A stretch of 63,891 bases of DNA, filler included, from Octopus bimaculoides (GCF_001194135.2; 6 parts of 6 records of this genome joined end to end with filler, not necessarily neighbours in it); one strand, 5' to 3'. Shown: positions 23,946-38,937, numbered from the whole stretch's first letter. Numbers and translations: made by a program. The notes: generated from the letters alone by a model not told the origin.

Positions 23946-25331
23946 TTTCTTCTTCTTCTTCTTCTTCTTCTTCTGTTTCTCCTTTATATATACATATATG
24001 ATATCAGCGAAGCACAGAAAATGAAAGACAACATAGGAGGGTCGAGTTTTTGACAAATATTGCATTAGCTTAACGCATCAGAGAAAGGAAAAATCCTGAA
24101 GTTTCAGAGGCAAGCCCTTTCTCAGGAGAAATATACAAGAAAAACGTAGGATTATATTTATATATCGAATAATCAGACCTATGAACATGGACGTTCTATT
24201 CGTGAACATCGCATATACTTCTTAGGTGCAGTTTCCCCAAGTCCACATAAATCACTGTATTCTTTTCGAATAAGTCAGGGTGTGATTGAAAGGATTTTTG
24301 TGTGTTATATCTGTTGTTAGTTGCTCTTTAGAACAATGTTTTCACCTGTGGGCCCTAAAATTTATATTATGTATTGCTAGGAATCCAAATTACACTTCAC
24401 CTGCCTTTTAGTGACACAACAGATGTCTTAATAGGAACAATTCTGCTGGATTTACAAATGGTTGGGAATAAACACCGATATAGAGGCTCCCTCATTAACC
24501 TTCGTTTTAATTCTTTCACTATCACAACAGATATTTTAATGAGGGGGATCTAGATTTACAAATTCTTTTATTAATCCTCGGTTGAAACTAATCCTCTCAC
24601 TTACTAATCTACGAATTTTGTTGAGACAAAACAAGTTCCATAATCCTGTAACCCACTGTACATTTGTTTTTGTGGAGTGCGGTGGCTTCGTTAGAAGTGC
24701 TTTATAACAACTCCGTAAGTTATTATTGTTTAGCAACAGGTCAACTCGATCAAGTAGATATAGGATCAAAGGTCTTCCAGTCGTGACCATCCCATCTTTT
24801 ATCAGCTACCTAGGACTACATCATCAAACGTGTCTGAGGCAAGACAACAGCTACACACATTAATTAATCTCTAAATTCTTTCATTAAGTTATAAATATCT
24901 AATTTACATTACAATGTTTCAATATCAATGATCAATATTTAAATGTCAAATATCAATGTTTGAATCAACAACATCTCATATACAACTAAAAATCATCACA
25001 TTTTTAAACATTGCCTTTCAGTCCAGCTACATTTGACGTATATTGAACCCACAGGCCCGAGGAATACACCTGAAGCAAACTGAATCATTTACAGCAATCT
25101 ACTCTCTTTTCCTAATTCTTTTCTAATGCAATTCTCTTTCTATCCCCCCCGCCACTCTTCGTATTTCCGTCTCCCTCTCCTTCTTCTCTCTGCCTTTCAT
25201 CTTCCCTCTTATCCTGACAGCTTCACTTTCTCCACCTTTATTGTTCAGTTGACTATTTCTGCTTATCTCCCTTTCTCATTTACTTCTCACACACTATATT
25301 TTACTCACTCCTGTCTCTCTCTTTGTCACCC

Positions 25332-25370
<39 letters not shown>

Positions 25371-25717
25371 GCACTCCGCCTCGTTCTATTTCCTTATCTC
25401 AAATTTATTCCTGTGATAGCGACCTATAGAGTATTTTCTTCTCACAATTTTCTACCACACCCTTACTTTTACTTTCCGTATCTTCCCACCTACTACATCC
25501 ATCTCGTTCTCTCTTGCACCTAATAGCTTTGGTCTTCCAATGTTACATTATATCAGACACACACACGTGTCATTGTGCGCATGCGTGCACGCACGCACAC
25601 ACATATATACATACATGCATACATACATACATACATACATGCAGACAGACATATACATATATATATATGTTTGTATACATATACATATATATATATTGTA
25701 TATTTATATATATTTGT

Positions 25718-25752
<35 letters not shown>

Positions 25753-25784
25753 CATACATATGAATGAATGTATCTATGTTTGTA

Positions 25785-25815
<31 letters not shown>

Positions 25816-27344
25816 TTATATATANNNNNNNNNNNNNNNNNNNNNNNNNNNNNNNNNNNNNNNNNNNNNNNNNNNNNNNNNNNNNNNNNNNNNNNNNNNN
25901 NNNNNNNNNNNNNNNNNNNNNNNNNNNNNNNNNNNNNNNNNNNNNNNNNNNNNNNNNNNNNNNNNNNNNNNNNNNNNNNNNNNNNNNNNNNNTCTCATAT
26001 ATATTCATGTATGTTTGTATATGCTTATATACGTATGCATGTTTGTATATTCTCACTTCTAAATCTTGTATTTCCGTGTGTATTTTTTCGACACACGCAC
26101 GCCCAAGCACACACATTAATTACCCTACCTCTTCATATTCTGTCCCTTTCTTCCGGGACACCTTTCTGAGTTTATTAACTGTTCTTTCCATGATACCCCA
26201 GCTATCTTCTCCTCCTGTGCAATTGTGTTTTCGCGCGTGTGTACGCATGTTTGTGCGCGTATGTGTACACCTGTGTGTATGCGTGTGTGTGTGTGTATGT
26301 GTGACGGTGTGTGTGTGTGCGTGAACCTTTATCTTTTTCATCTTTTTCTTATGCTATCCTTGTTTTCTTCCTCTTTTTATATCTTTCGTTTCTAGCTGTC
26401 TATCTGTCAAATTTCTCTTTCGCTCTGCAAGCATCTCCCTTTCTATCTTTGTCTTTACTCTGTCTTTCTCACTTTATCTCCGTCTCACTCTCTTTCTCTC
26501 TCTTTCTTATCCTATCTCTTTTCCCCCCTCTTTCTCTCATATCTGCTCTCGTTAATTTAACATTGTCTTACGCATTTCCTTCTCTCCCTCTCTGTCTCTT
26601 TTTCAATACTTCACGTGTATGTAAGTGTGCCTGAGCTTGATTTGTGTGTGCACGACATAGATAGTGAGAGAGAGAGAGAGAGAGAGGGAGGGAGGGAGAG
26701 AGAGAGAGAGAGAAAAAGAGATTAGTAGAGAGAAGAAGAAGAGGGTGCAGTTAAGATAAAAGAGAAGCTATTTCGAATTTCGTTTACAAATCCACATTAT
26801 CTTGGATGTTTTGCTAGTCAAGCGGGTTATCTTTCGTTCAGTGAATAGATGGTTTCAGGCCTGTATTAGCACTGTATCTAAACATCAAGACTATGGAAAT
26901 AAAATACAAAAACAACCCCCAAAAATACAAAACAAAAAACACACACACACACAAGCAAAAACAAAACAGCAACACAACAAAACACACACATCATACTGAG
27001 GAACACACATGCGTATACACAGGCGCATGCTCAGATATACAGACGAGAAATAAAAAGATAGGGAACAGTTGACTTGATAGGAAATCTCCTCCAGATGTCA
27101 CAAATAGACAAATTAACTACGACAGATCAACAAAGAGAGTTTTAGTAAACAAGTACACAAACAATGAAAGACACACATACACACATACACAAACACACAC
27201 CAACACACACACATACATATATATAATATATATATAATTATGAACGAATAAATATAAACAAATTAATAAATTAAAGAACTTTAAGCAACGTATATATGCA
27301 TATACACAAGCACACACACAGCGTAAATATACATACGTATATGC

Positions 27345-27409
<65 letters not shown>

Positions 27410-27929
27410 TGTGTGGGCGTATATGTCTGTGCGCATATGTGGCTGTGTGTGTATGTATATGTATGTATATCTATATATGAATTTTAAAAAAAACAAAAGA
27501 AAATGTCATCGCTTTAATTTCGTTCCTTTGTTTTTTTTTTGTTTTCTTCGATGAGACTTGGATCTTTATAAGCTGAGGGCTGCTCTTATCAAAGAGCGGA
27601 GGTGCTGAAAAAAACAAACGAACAAACAAACAAACAAGCAGAAGCAACAACAACAAGAAGCAAAACATACACACGCACACACTGAAATATAATGAAGTTG
27701 GAGAAAAGAACAAAACAATAACAAAAACAGAATAAAGTGCGAGCTTAAAAAATAAAAATAAATATACAGTGAAAGAAAAAACAAACAAGTTAGATTGTTT
27801 TAGAGTGTAGTCTTAGGTACATGTATGCACACATGTGTTGCATTTTGTCAATTTGTTTGTGATAAATGCATTTTCTGTCTAATCTCAGGTTAGCCAGGTT
27901 TAGTAACCTTCTCTGGAAGAGATGATGGA

Positions 27930-28380
27930 CCAAAAGGAGGGGTAGGAAGAGGAGAGGAAGGAGGAGGTGGAGAAGAAAGAGGAAGGGGAGGAGGAGGAGA
28001 GGAGGAGAGGGGAGGAAGATGACGAAGGCGGAGAAGAGACAGTAATAGAAGTAGGAGGAGGAAAAGGGCACGAACATGATGATGAAGACGATGAGGAAGA
28101 AGAAGATAAAGAAGAAGAAGTAAAAGAAGAAGGGGAGAAAGAAGATGAACGAGGAGAAGAATAGATAGAGGAGGGAGAAGGAAGAGAATAAGCAAAAAGG
28201 AAGAAGGAAATAGAAGCTGAAGAAGAAGAAAAGGAATCAAAGGAGAAGAAGGAATGAAGAAGAAGCAGATGAAGAATGAAACGAAAGTAAGAAGAAGAAG
28301 GAGAAGAAAAAACAAGAAGGACAAGGAAAAGAAAGAAGAAAGAAGGAGAAAAAAGGAGAAGAGGAATACAAAAAGGGAAA
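27930..28380 (+). repeat. Polypurine (GAG/GAA) low-complexity tract
   Basis: About 450 bp of mostly G/A. Confidence 0.9.
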
Positions 28381-28697
28381 AGAAATAGCTCTTCGTTTTG
28401 TGAGTATTAAATAGACGGATGACGCATAGAGCTCTTTAATAATAAAAACACAGATAAACGACAACAACAACAACAGTAACAATAACAACAACAAAAACAA
28501 CGACAACAGCAACAACAACAACAATAATAATAATGATGGTTACGAAAAATGTTAGAAATGGAACAGAGATTTCTTCCCGTTTCATTTGTGAACCGAATAA
28601 AATAAAAACAAAAACATGACAAATACAACAAGTTACAGTAAATATTAGCTTCTTATAAATATACACCCACACACACACACACACACNNNNNNNNNNC

Positions 28698-28730
<33 letters not shown>

Positions 28731-29055
28731 TACACACATTTACTCTCTGTATGTTAACGCACCACCACACATGTGGACACTTCCCTTCGTTATATCCGCC
28801 AAGATCTCTCTACCTCTCTACCAATCACTCTCTCTTTCCCTCTTTCCGTCTTTCTTTCTGGACGTCTCTTATTATTCAAACCTAATTTTAAAAGGCTAAA
28901 TAAACCCTCTCTAACAGGCGAACCTGAGATTTAAAAAAAAAAATCTTATTTCTACGTCTTCAATAAGAATTGGCGGGGTCTTATCATATGCATGGTAGGG
29001 ATCTTTGTTTTGTTTTTTTCCTACCGTCGTTCGTTTTCGTTTGATATTCTTGTAG

Positions 29056-29089
<34 letters not shown>

Positions 29090-29355
29090 CCATCACAACT
29101 ATCTCAACCACTTCAGCCACGACGACGACGACGACGACGACCACCACCACCACCACCACCACCACACTACCACACCACCACACCACAACACCACCACACC
29201 ACCATCACCACTACCACAACCACCATCACCATCACCACTACAACAACCACCATCACCGCAACCACCACCACCACCACCACCACCAACAACACCATCATCA
29301 TCATCATCATCATCCCCATCCTCATCATCATCATCACCATCATCATCACCATCAC

Positions 29356-29418
<63 letters not shown>

Positions 29419-29480
29419 TGTCGTCTTTATTATTACAATTATTGTTGTTGTTGCTGTTGTTGTTGTTGTTATTGTTATCA
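29056..29480. repeat. Compound trinucleotide array (CAT/GAC/CAC/GTT)
   Basis: Directly visible; similar array at 40866-41190. Confidence 0.95.
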
Positions 29481-29651
29481 AAGGCAGTGTTGTCTAACCA
29501 TAGTAGTGCATATCAGCGGGTCGAGGTGCCTACCTTTTTTTTAAACGAACAATAATGTCTGGATTAGTTTAGATATTCTTTTTGTTTATCACGATTAACA
29601 GAGTGAATTTCTCTCTGTCTATTCCTTATCACATCACTTCTACCCTTTATA

Positions 29652-29728
<77 letters not shown>

Positions 29729-30849
29729 NNNNNNNNNNNNNNNNNNNNNNNNNNNNNNNNNNNNNNNNNNNNNNNNNNNNNNNNNNNNNNNNNNNNNNNN
29801 NNNNNNNNNNNNNNNNNNNNNNNNNNNNNNNNNNNNNNNNNNNNNNNNNNNNNNNNNNNNNNNNNNNNNNNNNNNNNNNNNNNNNNNNNNNNNNNNNNNN
29901 NNNNNNNNNNNNNNNNNNNNNNNNNNNNNNNNNNNNNNNNNNNNNNNNNNNNNNNNNNNNNNNNNNNNNNNNNNNNNNNNNNNNNNNNNNNNNNNNNNNN
30001 NNNNNNNNNNNNNNNNNNNNNNNNNNNNNNNNNNNNNNNNNNNNNNNNNNNNNNNNNNNNNNNNNNNNNNNNNNNNNNATATATATATATATATATATAT
30101 ATACTAAATGTATATATACATACATACATCCTAGTGTCACTTTGATGGCATATGCTGTTCTCTCTCCCATTCTTTTTCTCTCTCTATATATATACATGTA
30201 TGTGTATGTATGTGTGTTTCTATGTATAAGTATGTATGTATGAGAGTAATAGACACATCCCGGAGTAAACGTACCACTAAAGCTATATTATTACACTATG
30301 AGCTGAATTTCTATTCACCTTTCGTCTTACATCCTCGCAAGGGATAAGGAAGTCCCAGTAATTCATCACTGCACTATCAAACACACCTACCTATTTCATG
30401 TTATGCGTTCCTATATACACATCCCTTTCTCTATCGTCCATTACGCAATCTTAGTCACATGCTTCTTGTGAAATCAACCTGCACAACCATGTGGTTAAAT
30501 ATTGAACGTTATAGAGATTTTATAGAAAATAGCTGAAAAGTATATAGTGAAAGTAGATTGAAACTATGATTCTTCAATAGTTGCGCAGAAATGTTTTTCA
30601 TCGGGTTTATCAAATTTTAAATTACTACTATATCTTCTTATACAGGTTTGAGTAAATAGGTCAATGCCGATGTTTTACAAATAAAATAAACACGGGAAAG
30701 ATATCGGTGTAAACTTGAAGTATGAGAGAGAACATGATTACCTTTCTTAATAAAATTATTTTCTCTTACTCTTCCCTCTAACTTTACTTGAATCATGATG
30801 TTTGTAAAATGGGAATATTAAAATCATTTTCATTGCGTATATTTCTAAA

Positions 30850-31405
30850 TGATTGCTTAATGGGATCTGACATATATTTTGGTCCCGAATGTGTTGCTGG
30901 TGTACACGATGCATTCTGATATTAAGTTTCCTGTCTGACCAATATATATTTCTTCACAATTCACGCATTTGATGCAGGAGATCAGATTTCTGCGTTTACA
31001 GTTCTTATTTGCATTTGGAAATATTCTGAGTTTGTTTTTTGTGTTGATATATTGACTGTATTTAAGAACTGGTATACACCATGCCATGCATTTCGGTATC
31101 ATGAATATTTTAATTGCTTCTAGATATTTGGCTGCATTTTAATTTGAACATTAATTATGTTCAGTAATTAAAACTTTTCGTTCGTTACTTTGATGATAGG
31201 AATGTTAGATTTGATGCTGTTAAAAATTTTTTTCGATGACGAGGATTTTTTGTCACTTAAGAAATTATGATATTCTAGTCTTGAGCTCTCTTTCCTTTTC
31301 TATAAGTATTTGTTTTGCGCATTGTATAACATTTTGTAGTGATGGATATTTTTGTTCGAATAGAAATCCCCTGAGTTTTGCGAGCCGTTTGTCCCAGGTA
31401 TCTAT
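30850..31405 (-). mobile_element. Penelope-like element fragment: RT thumb region plus GIY-YIG endonuclease
   Basis: TWDKRLAKLRGFLFEQKYP upstream of CKRRNLISCIKCVNCEEIYIGQTG and, after a frameshift, RVHQQHIRDQNICQIPLSNHL. Confidence 0.85.
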
Positions 31406-31571
31406 AATAGTAATAATATATATATTTTCATGCATATATTTCTGTGTTTGTGTGCGTGCGCGCATGCGTGTATGCAAGCTTGTATGTGTATGTGTGTGTT
31501 AATTATTTTTAGTATATATATATATATATAACGTCATCTTTCCGTTTTTTGCTCCCTCGTTCATTCTCTGC

Positions 31572-31612
<41 letters not shown>

Positions 31613-31690
31613 TTCACACTCAATATATCGGTCTACTTGGGGCTGTATTTATATATAAATGGAATTAAAGGTAATGCTAATGCTACTTCG

Positions 31691-31740
<50 letters not shown>

Positions 31741-32140
31741 NNNNNNNNNNNNNNNNNNNNNNNNNNNNNNNNNNNNNNNNNNNNNNNNNNNNNNNNNNNN
31801 NNNNNNNNNNNNNNNNNNNNNNNNNNNNNNNNNNNNNNNNNNNNNNNNNNNNNNNNNNNNNNNNNNNNNNNNNNNNNNNNNNNNNNNNNNNNNNNNNNNN
31901 NNNNNNNNNNNNNNNNNNNNNNNNNNNNNNNNNNNNNNNNNNNNNNNNNNNNNNNNNNNNNNNNNNNNNNNNNNNNNNNNNNNNNNNNNNNNNNNNNNNN
32001 NNNNNNNNNNNNNNNNNNNNNNNNNNNNNNNNNNNNNNNNNNNNNNNNNNNNNNNNNNNNNNNNNNNNNNNNNNNNNNNNNNNNNNNNNNNNNNNNNNNN
32101 NNNNNNNNNNNNNNNNNNNNNNNNNNNNNNNNNNNNNNNN

Positions 32141-32176
<36 letters not shown>

Positions 32177-33010
32177 CAGTTGTTGAAAACTTGTGTAAAA
32201 CGTGCTCAATTCAAAAGGCAGGGTTAATAGTTTTTATCTGAATCTGATACTTCGAAAGTTACAGCGTTTGTCTTCGTAGTTCTGAATCTTAGACAACCGC
32301 GAAAATAATGGACAGCATTGCTCCTTTATATAATAATAGGTCAGTTTATACCACAGATCAATGTGGTATAATAGATCAATTTATATAACAATTCCTTTAT
32401 ATAATATATCACGCGAACCATTTCGAAAAGATTCACAAATATATTAAGAATTACATTTGACAAAAATACCCAACGATATTTAAAAAGAAATTTTCAAGAA
32501 AAGAATGAAGAAATGAGAGACTGACAGAAGCATACAACAGAATAGATTACGGAATAGATTACGGAATTATAAAAGACAATAAGAAAACGATAATAATGAA
32601 AATGAAAGGATAATGAGTAAACATGAAAATAACAAAATAAAAGTATGTACAGTGTGTAAGATTAAGTATAACGCCGTGTCTACGTCAGTCGTAAATAGAG
32701 ATTATACAGCTATAATTCTACATGCAGTGATATAACGAATGCTGTATTTTATCTTCTCTTAAAGTAATTCATGCCTATAAAAAAATCTTGTGAATAAATG
32801 AATATAAACCATACTGTAGTATATCACTTGGTTAAAGAAAAATATATCCCATTTCCTTATCGTTTTACTAAACTTTTATTCTAGTGTAACCAAATATTTT
32901 TTAGTTATTATCGATAAATATTTCCCTATATACGATGGATATAGAAATTATTTAACAGAAGTAGTTTTAAAGTTAGTCGCTACTGACTTCTTAAAATGTA
33001 GAATATTTCT

Positions 33011-33063
33011 TCACAAGCCTTTAGTGATGATAGAATAGTAGACAACATAGCAGATGACATTAT
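33011..33063 (-). CDS. Candidate terminal coding exon of an unknown hydrophobic protein
   Basis: Acceptor TTTCATCAATTACAG; (G)AT phase fits upstream exon; DNVICYVVYYSIITKGL*; AATAAA at rc 32875-32880. Confidence 0.3.
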
Positions 33064-33260
33064 CTGTAATTGATGAAATAGGGAATTGTAACAATTTCAG
33101 GAAAATTCGGTGATCTGATGAGAAACACTGCGACTTTAAGTTTCAAATTCAATTTCATAACTAAACGCTGCTTTGATACGCCAGAAGGTGAATTTAAGAA
33201 ACGCTATCTTAATCACAATTCATCCTTCTCAAATTTAGGAAAGAAAAATTCCACAGTTAC

Positions 33261-33379
33261 CTTTAGTTATATATGGAAGTAGAAAGACAAGGCTATCAAC
33301 AACATACGAATACAAGTAGAAAACATGAATCTTCGCGAAACCTATATTAACGGACAAGAATGTTGCAACTTCTGCAACA
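33261..33379 (-). CDS. Candidate internal exon (119 nt) of an unknown hydrophobic protein
   Basis: Acceptor CCTTTTCAG, donor AAG/GTAACT; only one open frame: VAEVATFLSVNIGFAKIHVFYLYSYVVDSLVFLLPYITK; lies in repeat-poor DNA. Confidence 0.4.
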
Positions 33380-33911
33380 CTGAAAAGGTTATATTAATTA
33401 ACCTCATGCAATGAGCTAGAAACTTAAAGACTTGAAATATCAGTTTAGAAAGTGAAGACATTTGAACAATTTCTGTTAATATAAAATTGGGTGAAGTCTA
33501 CTGATTGAAATGATGAGTTGAACGGTGTTTTATGGTACGCTCATTTATATTCGATACAAGTAAAGATCTGTTTCGTGATCGGATATGTACGATGCATCAA
33601 CTTCACTGTAGCCTATTAGCTTTTTACATCTTTTCTTTACCTTTTCCAATGAGATTATATATACGCACGTACACACATACATAATAATATACATACAATC
33701 ACACATATATACAAACTCACATGAGCACAAACATACATACACAAAATACTTGCACATACAAACATATACGTACATACATGCACAACTGGTTTGTTAAAAA
33801 TTCTACTGCAGGACACTTGAATCTATGATAGAAACCGACTCTTTTTCCATTGAGAAGAAATCAAGAAATGAAAATATCATACATGATAAACATGCATACA
33901 TACACGCAGAC

Positions 33912-33946
<35 letters not shown>

Positions 33947-34937
33947 NNNNNNNNNNNNNNNNNNNNNNNNNNNNNNNNNNNNNNNNNNNNNNNNNNNNNN
34001 NNNNNNNNNNNNNNNNNNNNNNNNNNNNNNNNNNNNNNNNNNNNNNNNNNNNNNNNNNNNNNNNNNNNNNNNNNNNNNNNNNNNNNNNNNNNNNNNNNNN
34101 NNNNNNNNNNNNNNNNNNNNNNNNNNNNNNNNNNNNNNNNNNNNNNNNNNNNNNNNNNNNNNNNNNNNNNNNNNNNNNNNNNNNNNNNNNNNNNNNNNNN
34201 NNNNNNNNNNNNNNNNNNNNNNNNNNNNNNNNNNNNNNNNNNNNNNNNNNNNNNNNNNNNNNNNNNNNNNNATATATATATATATATATATATAGAATAT
34301 GAGGGGCTTAGTTCACTTGTGATCTAAACGAATAGGTACATTGGGTAAGTGCTATAGTTGGTCGACCATTAGGTTCCAAGGACACAGCTAAGACTGGATG
34401 TAGGGATCCGGATTAGGGTTCCGTTATAGCATTCCTCTAATGCACACACACGCACACACATATATACATACAAACATGCAGTGAAACAGGTAGATAGAAT
34501 GAGAGGGAGAGAGTTAGACAAAGAGAGAGAGTGAGAGAGAAATGGAGAGACAGAGAAAGGGAGACAAAGAAAGCAAGAGATTCGTGGAAGAAAAAGCATG
34601 AAGAAGGCGGCTTTGGGGAAGAAAAGGGGGGAAAAAAAAAGCAGAAATTCCAATAAATACGTGTTTAATGGTAGAGAAAATTCCATATGGCGAAGGTGTA
34701 AAAGAGATGTTAGTGAAGTGAATTAAGAAGTTGAAAAATTGTGAAACAAAGAGAGATGTGATGTGAGTTGTGATGAAACCTAGGTGACTTGCACAATTAC
34801 CTGACTGGAAAGGACTATAATAACTTAGAGTGTGTGTGTGTGTATGTTTGTGTGAATGTTTGCGCGTGTACGTGTGTGTGTGTGCGTGTGTGTGTGTATG
34901 CCTGTGAATGTTGGTGTGTGTACGCATGTATGCAAGT

Positions 34938-34972
<35 letters not shown>

Positions 34973-35108
34973 TATATATAGTTATACTTTTCCATCTCTC
35001 CACACACACACACACATATATATATATATTACGTAGAGAGAGAAGTATTTATATAAGTACATACACTTACACAGACACACATATATATTTACATTCTTAC
35101 ACACAAAC

Positions 35109-35142
<34 letters not shown>

Positions 35143-35438
35143 CTTCCATTTATCATTCCTTCTATTTCTATTTTTTCAAACACACACACAGATACCCACG
35201 CATACATATACACACACATACAAGTGTACTTATGTGCGCCGATCATTGTTTGTGCAGATGTCACTGAGTGCATCTGTGTTTGCGGATTGAATATACATAA
35301 TAGATATGTATGTCTGCATTCTGAAGTACACCGTAGTAAATCCACCCCTCTCTCTGTCTGTCTCTCTCTCTCTCTATCTACTGGCACACACATTTGTACT
35401 CATACAGGTATATATCTTGTGCATCAGTGTGTACGTGT

Positions 35439-35471
<33 letters not shown>

Positions 35472-35564
35472 TATGTGTGTGTGTATATATAAATGTAAGT
35501 GTGTGTGTAAATACGCACACATAGTATATACTTATATGGATATATTTGTCACCTGTACATGTGC

Positions 35565-35600
<36 letters not shown>

Positions 35601-35764
35601 ATGTGACTAGTTGATCTAAGAAACGTATATATATATGCATATATGTATCTTTATATATGTATATGTATGCATATATGCATATATATGTATATGTGTGTTT
35701 GTGAAAACACATCTACACGTATATACTTATCTATCTGTCTATCCATCCATCCATTAATCTATCA

Positions 35765-35831
<67 letters not shown>

Positions 35832-36404
35832 CATACATACATACATACATACATACATGCATACATACATACATATATACATACATACATACGCACACAC
35901 GTGTACTGTGGCATAGTGAGTATACTAATTCGCCTCAGTGAATAAATATCGCTCCACTCTAAGGAATCAAAGGACAAGTACAAATGAAAGCACAGAACCT
36001 AAACAAATTATCTTGAGACTAAATTTAGCCAGGCGTTAATAAAGCAGACAATCGTAGTTATTAACGATGTTCAATAATCATAAAAATGGGATCGATTCCA
36101 GTCAAATGTAGGACTTAATGTCTGTCGATTTTGTGTCTTTTTTTTGTGTTTTTTTTCTTGCTTTTGTCAAATTCAGATTAGACGTCTATCAAAAGGAGCT
36201 TTTATTGTCTTTCAGCAATTTTTCGAAAATTCATATTAAGTAGAACGTAAGCGGTATATGCATCATCAGAAAGACGGAAAAGACATTTTACGCTTTGTGA
36301 AATAGGAATTGTTAACATGTGGCGTGGTGAAGAAAGCTCAGTTCACCCTGCAACCATGTGGTTTCTAGTTCAGTTCCGCTGTATGGTTCCTTGGACTTCT
36401 TAAA

Positions 36405-38140
36405 ATGAAGATACTGCGATACTTTTGTGTCGTCAGCATAACTGGTTAGATTGACTGACTGTACCGCGGAGGGCATGTGTGAGAGGGCCACGACAAATAG
36501 TAGTGGTCTCAGTACAGTTCCCTGTGGGACTCCGCTGAGAATTGGTGTCTCTTCAGAGTGAGCACCATTAGCTACAACTGTCTGATTCCTGCCCTTCAGA
36601 AAATCATGCAGCCACTCTCCCAGTTTCCCAGTAATACCAAGGTTTTGCAGCTTGTGACATACTATGCCATGATCAACCTTGTCGAATGCCTTGGCAAAGT
36701 CGAGGTTTATTACGTCTACAGCTGACTGGTTTAGCTGTTGCTTCAGTACCCAGTCAAAGTGCTACAGCAACTGTATGAGGCAGCTCCTCCCTGTACGGAA
36801 GCCTTGTTGCGTGTTTGTGAGAAGGTTTTTTACTTCTAGGAACGTGATCAGCCTCTTTTTGACAATGCGTTCCATTGTCTTGCTAACTTGTGAGGTCAGA
36901 GAGATGATCTGCTCTGCTCCCTCCTTTATGGACAGGGCATATTATACCCTCTTTTAGCATGTTGGGAAGGTTACCACATGCAAAGAAACTCTGGAAGAGT
37001 ATCTGTAGTGGCTTTGTAAGAACCTTTCTTACATGCGTTTAAGAGAACAGCTGAGAGTCCATCTGGGCCCGTTGCTTAGTTTGATTTCGTCTCATCAGTG
37101 GCTGATATCACATCCTCTTCTGATATGTTGATGTAATCGATGGCTGCCTCTTTTCGGAATTCGTTACATTGAAAAGTTCCTCAGGCTTGTTTATTTACAT
37201 ATTTTCCAGTGGAGGAGAGAAAACACTTCAGAATTGTTTATTTAGTGCTTCACTTATCTTCCCCGGGTCTGCAGTTAGTGAACCGTTTTTACCAAATAGT
37301 GGCCCTATTTCATAGCGTACTGAGGCAAACTCCTTTACCAACGTGTAGAAGGCTTTAGGATTTCTTTTTATATTTTCGGCTGCCCTGGTTTCTCTTTCTT
37401 CTCTTTCTTTTTCGTGGTAGATCTTGAGTTTATTTTCAATTCCGAAGAGTTCTTCTGTTAGGTGGGATTTCACTCTGTCATTGAGGTGTTTATTTAAACG
37501 ATTCGTAATCTTTATTCTCCGCCGTATGAGTATTCTCCTGTCTCGAGGAATGATGCTTTTGTGTATATTGGCTCTCTTCTCTGGGACATATTTAATGCAT
37601 ATGGCTCGCATTATTGACATGAGTTTATTGAGTTTCATATCTATGCCTTGCATAGAGAGGCTTTTAGGCCAGTCCAACTGGAGTATCCGTTCTCAACTGA
37701 CTTCCATTCAGCCTCATAGAAATTTAAGCTGGATAGGGTTTGAGCGCCATCTATGCAGAGTTCATCTTTAGTTAATTCCGGGCCATACATTGTCAGTTCT
37801 ATCATGTTATGGTCTGAGAATATTGTCGGTGATATATTGACGTTGTGACTAATTTCCTCATTGTTTATAAAACAGAGGTCCAGGATATGTTTGTGCCTGG
37901 TTGGAGAGAGTATGATCTGCTCCATGAATCGCATTTTCGTAAGAACAAGTAGATGTTCTGCTTAGTTTCGCTCTTTGAGAGTCATTCCCAGGGTTATGTT
38001 GCCCTCAGACCACCTGATGTTGGGGAAGTTGAAGTCACCCATCAGGAATACAGTAGTACGTTGATCCAATTGTGTTAGTACTTCTTTTATCGCACTGAGG
38101 CTTTCCTCAGATTTTCCATCATGATTTGAAGCATAAAATT
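36405..38140 (-). mobile_element. CR1-group LINE ORF2 relic (APE endonuclease, linker, RT)
   Basis: FLMGDFNFPNIRW, ILDLCF..SDHNMIEL (APE); GFRTGRSC, DFAKAFDKVDH, SGVPQGTVLRPLLF, YADDTK (RT); multiple stops and frameshifts. Confidence 0.92.
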
Positions 38141-38547
38141 CTCCATCATGATTTGCGGCATGATTTGCGGCATGATTTGCGGCATACATATGCAAATGGC
38201 ATTTAAATTTTACGACAGCTGTTTCGATAGAATTTTATATAATGCCGATATAAAAGATTGCATTATAATATACAATACTCCATCACCAGATAAANNNNNN
38301 NNNNNNNNNNNNNNNNNNNNNNNNNNNNNNNNNNNNNNNNNNNNNNNNNNNNNNNNNNNNNNNNNNNNNNNNNNNNNNNNNNNNNNNNNNNNNNNNNNNN
38401 NNNNNNNNNNNNNNNNNNNNNNNNNNNNNNNNNNNNNNNNNNNNNNNNNNNNNNNNNNNNNNNNNNCACACACACGCACGCACATACACAAGCACACAAA
38501 CATACATACACACAAACACAAAGATATACATACATGTATACACACGG

Positions 38548-38581
<34 letters not shown>

Positions 38582-38937
38582 TACACGCATGCGCATACAC
38601 ATACACACATATATCATACACAGAATATCAAATACACCAACAAAATCAGTAATCTCTTTTCTTATTTGTGTTTTCATTGACCTTTCCGAAATCCGTTTAA
38701 GAGATATTGCGTTCTTTTATAGATTCTCAAACAAAAATAAAAAATAAACAATCGAACAAAACAGATTAGACTTTGACTTAATCAAATCTTATGACTCAAA
38801 TATTACACGAAACTAGAAATGAACTGAATATTACATTCATATGTTGCTAGTTATTTCATAGATATGCGTTGATTATAATCAATATCGCGTAGAACGAAAT
38901 ATTTAATAATTGTATAGTAATAAGATTTTTAATAATT

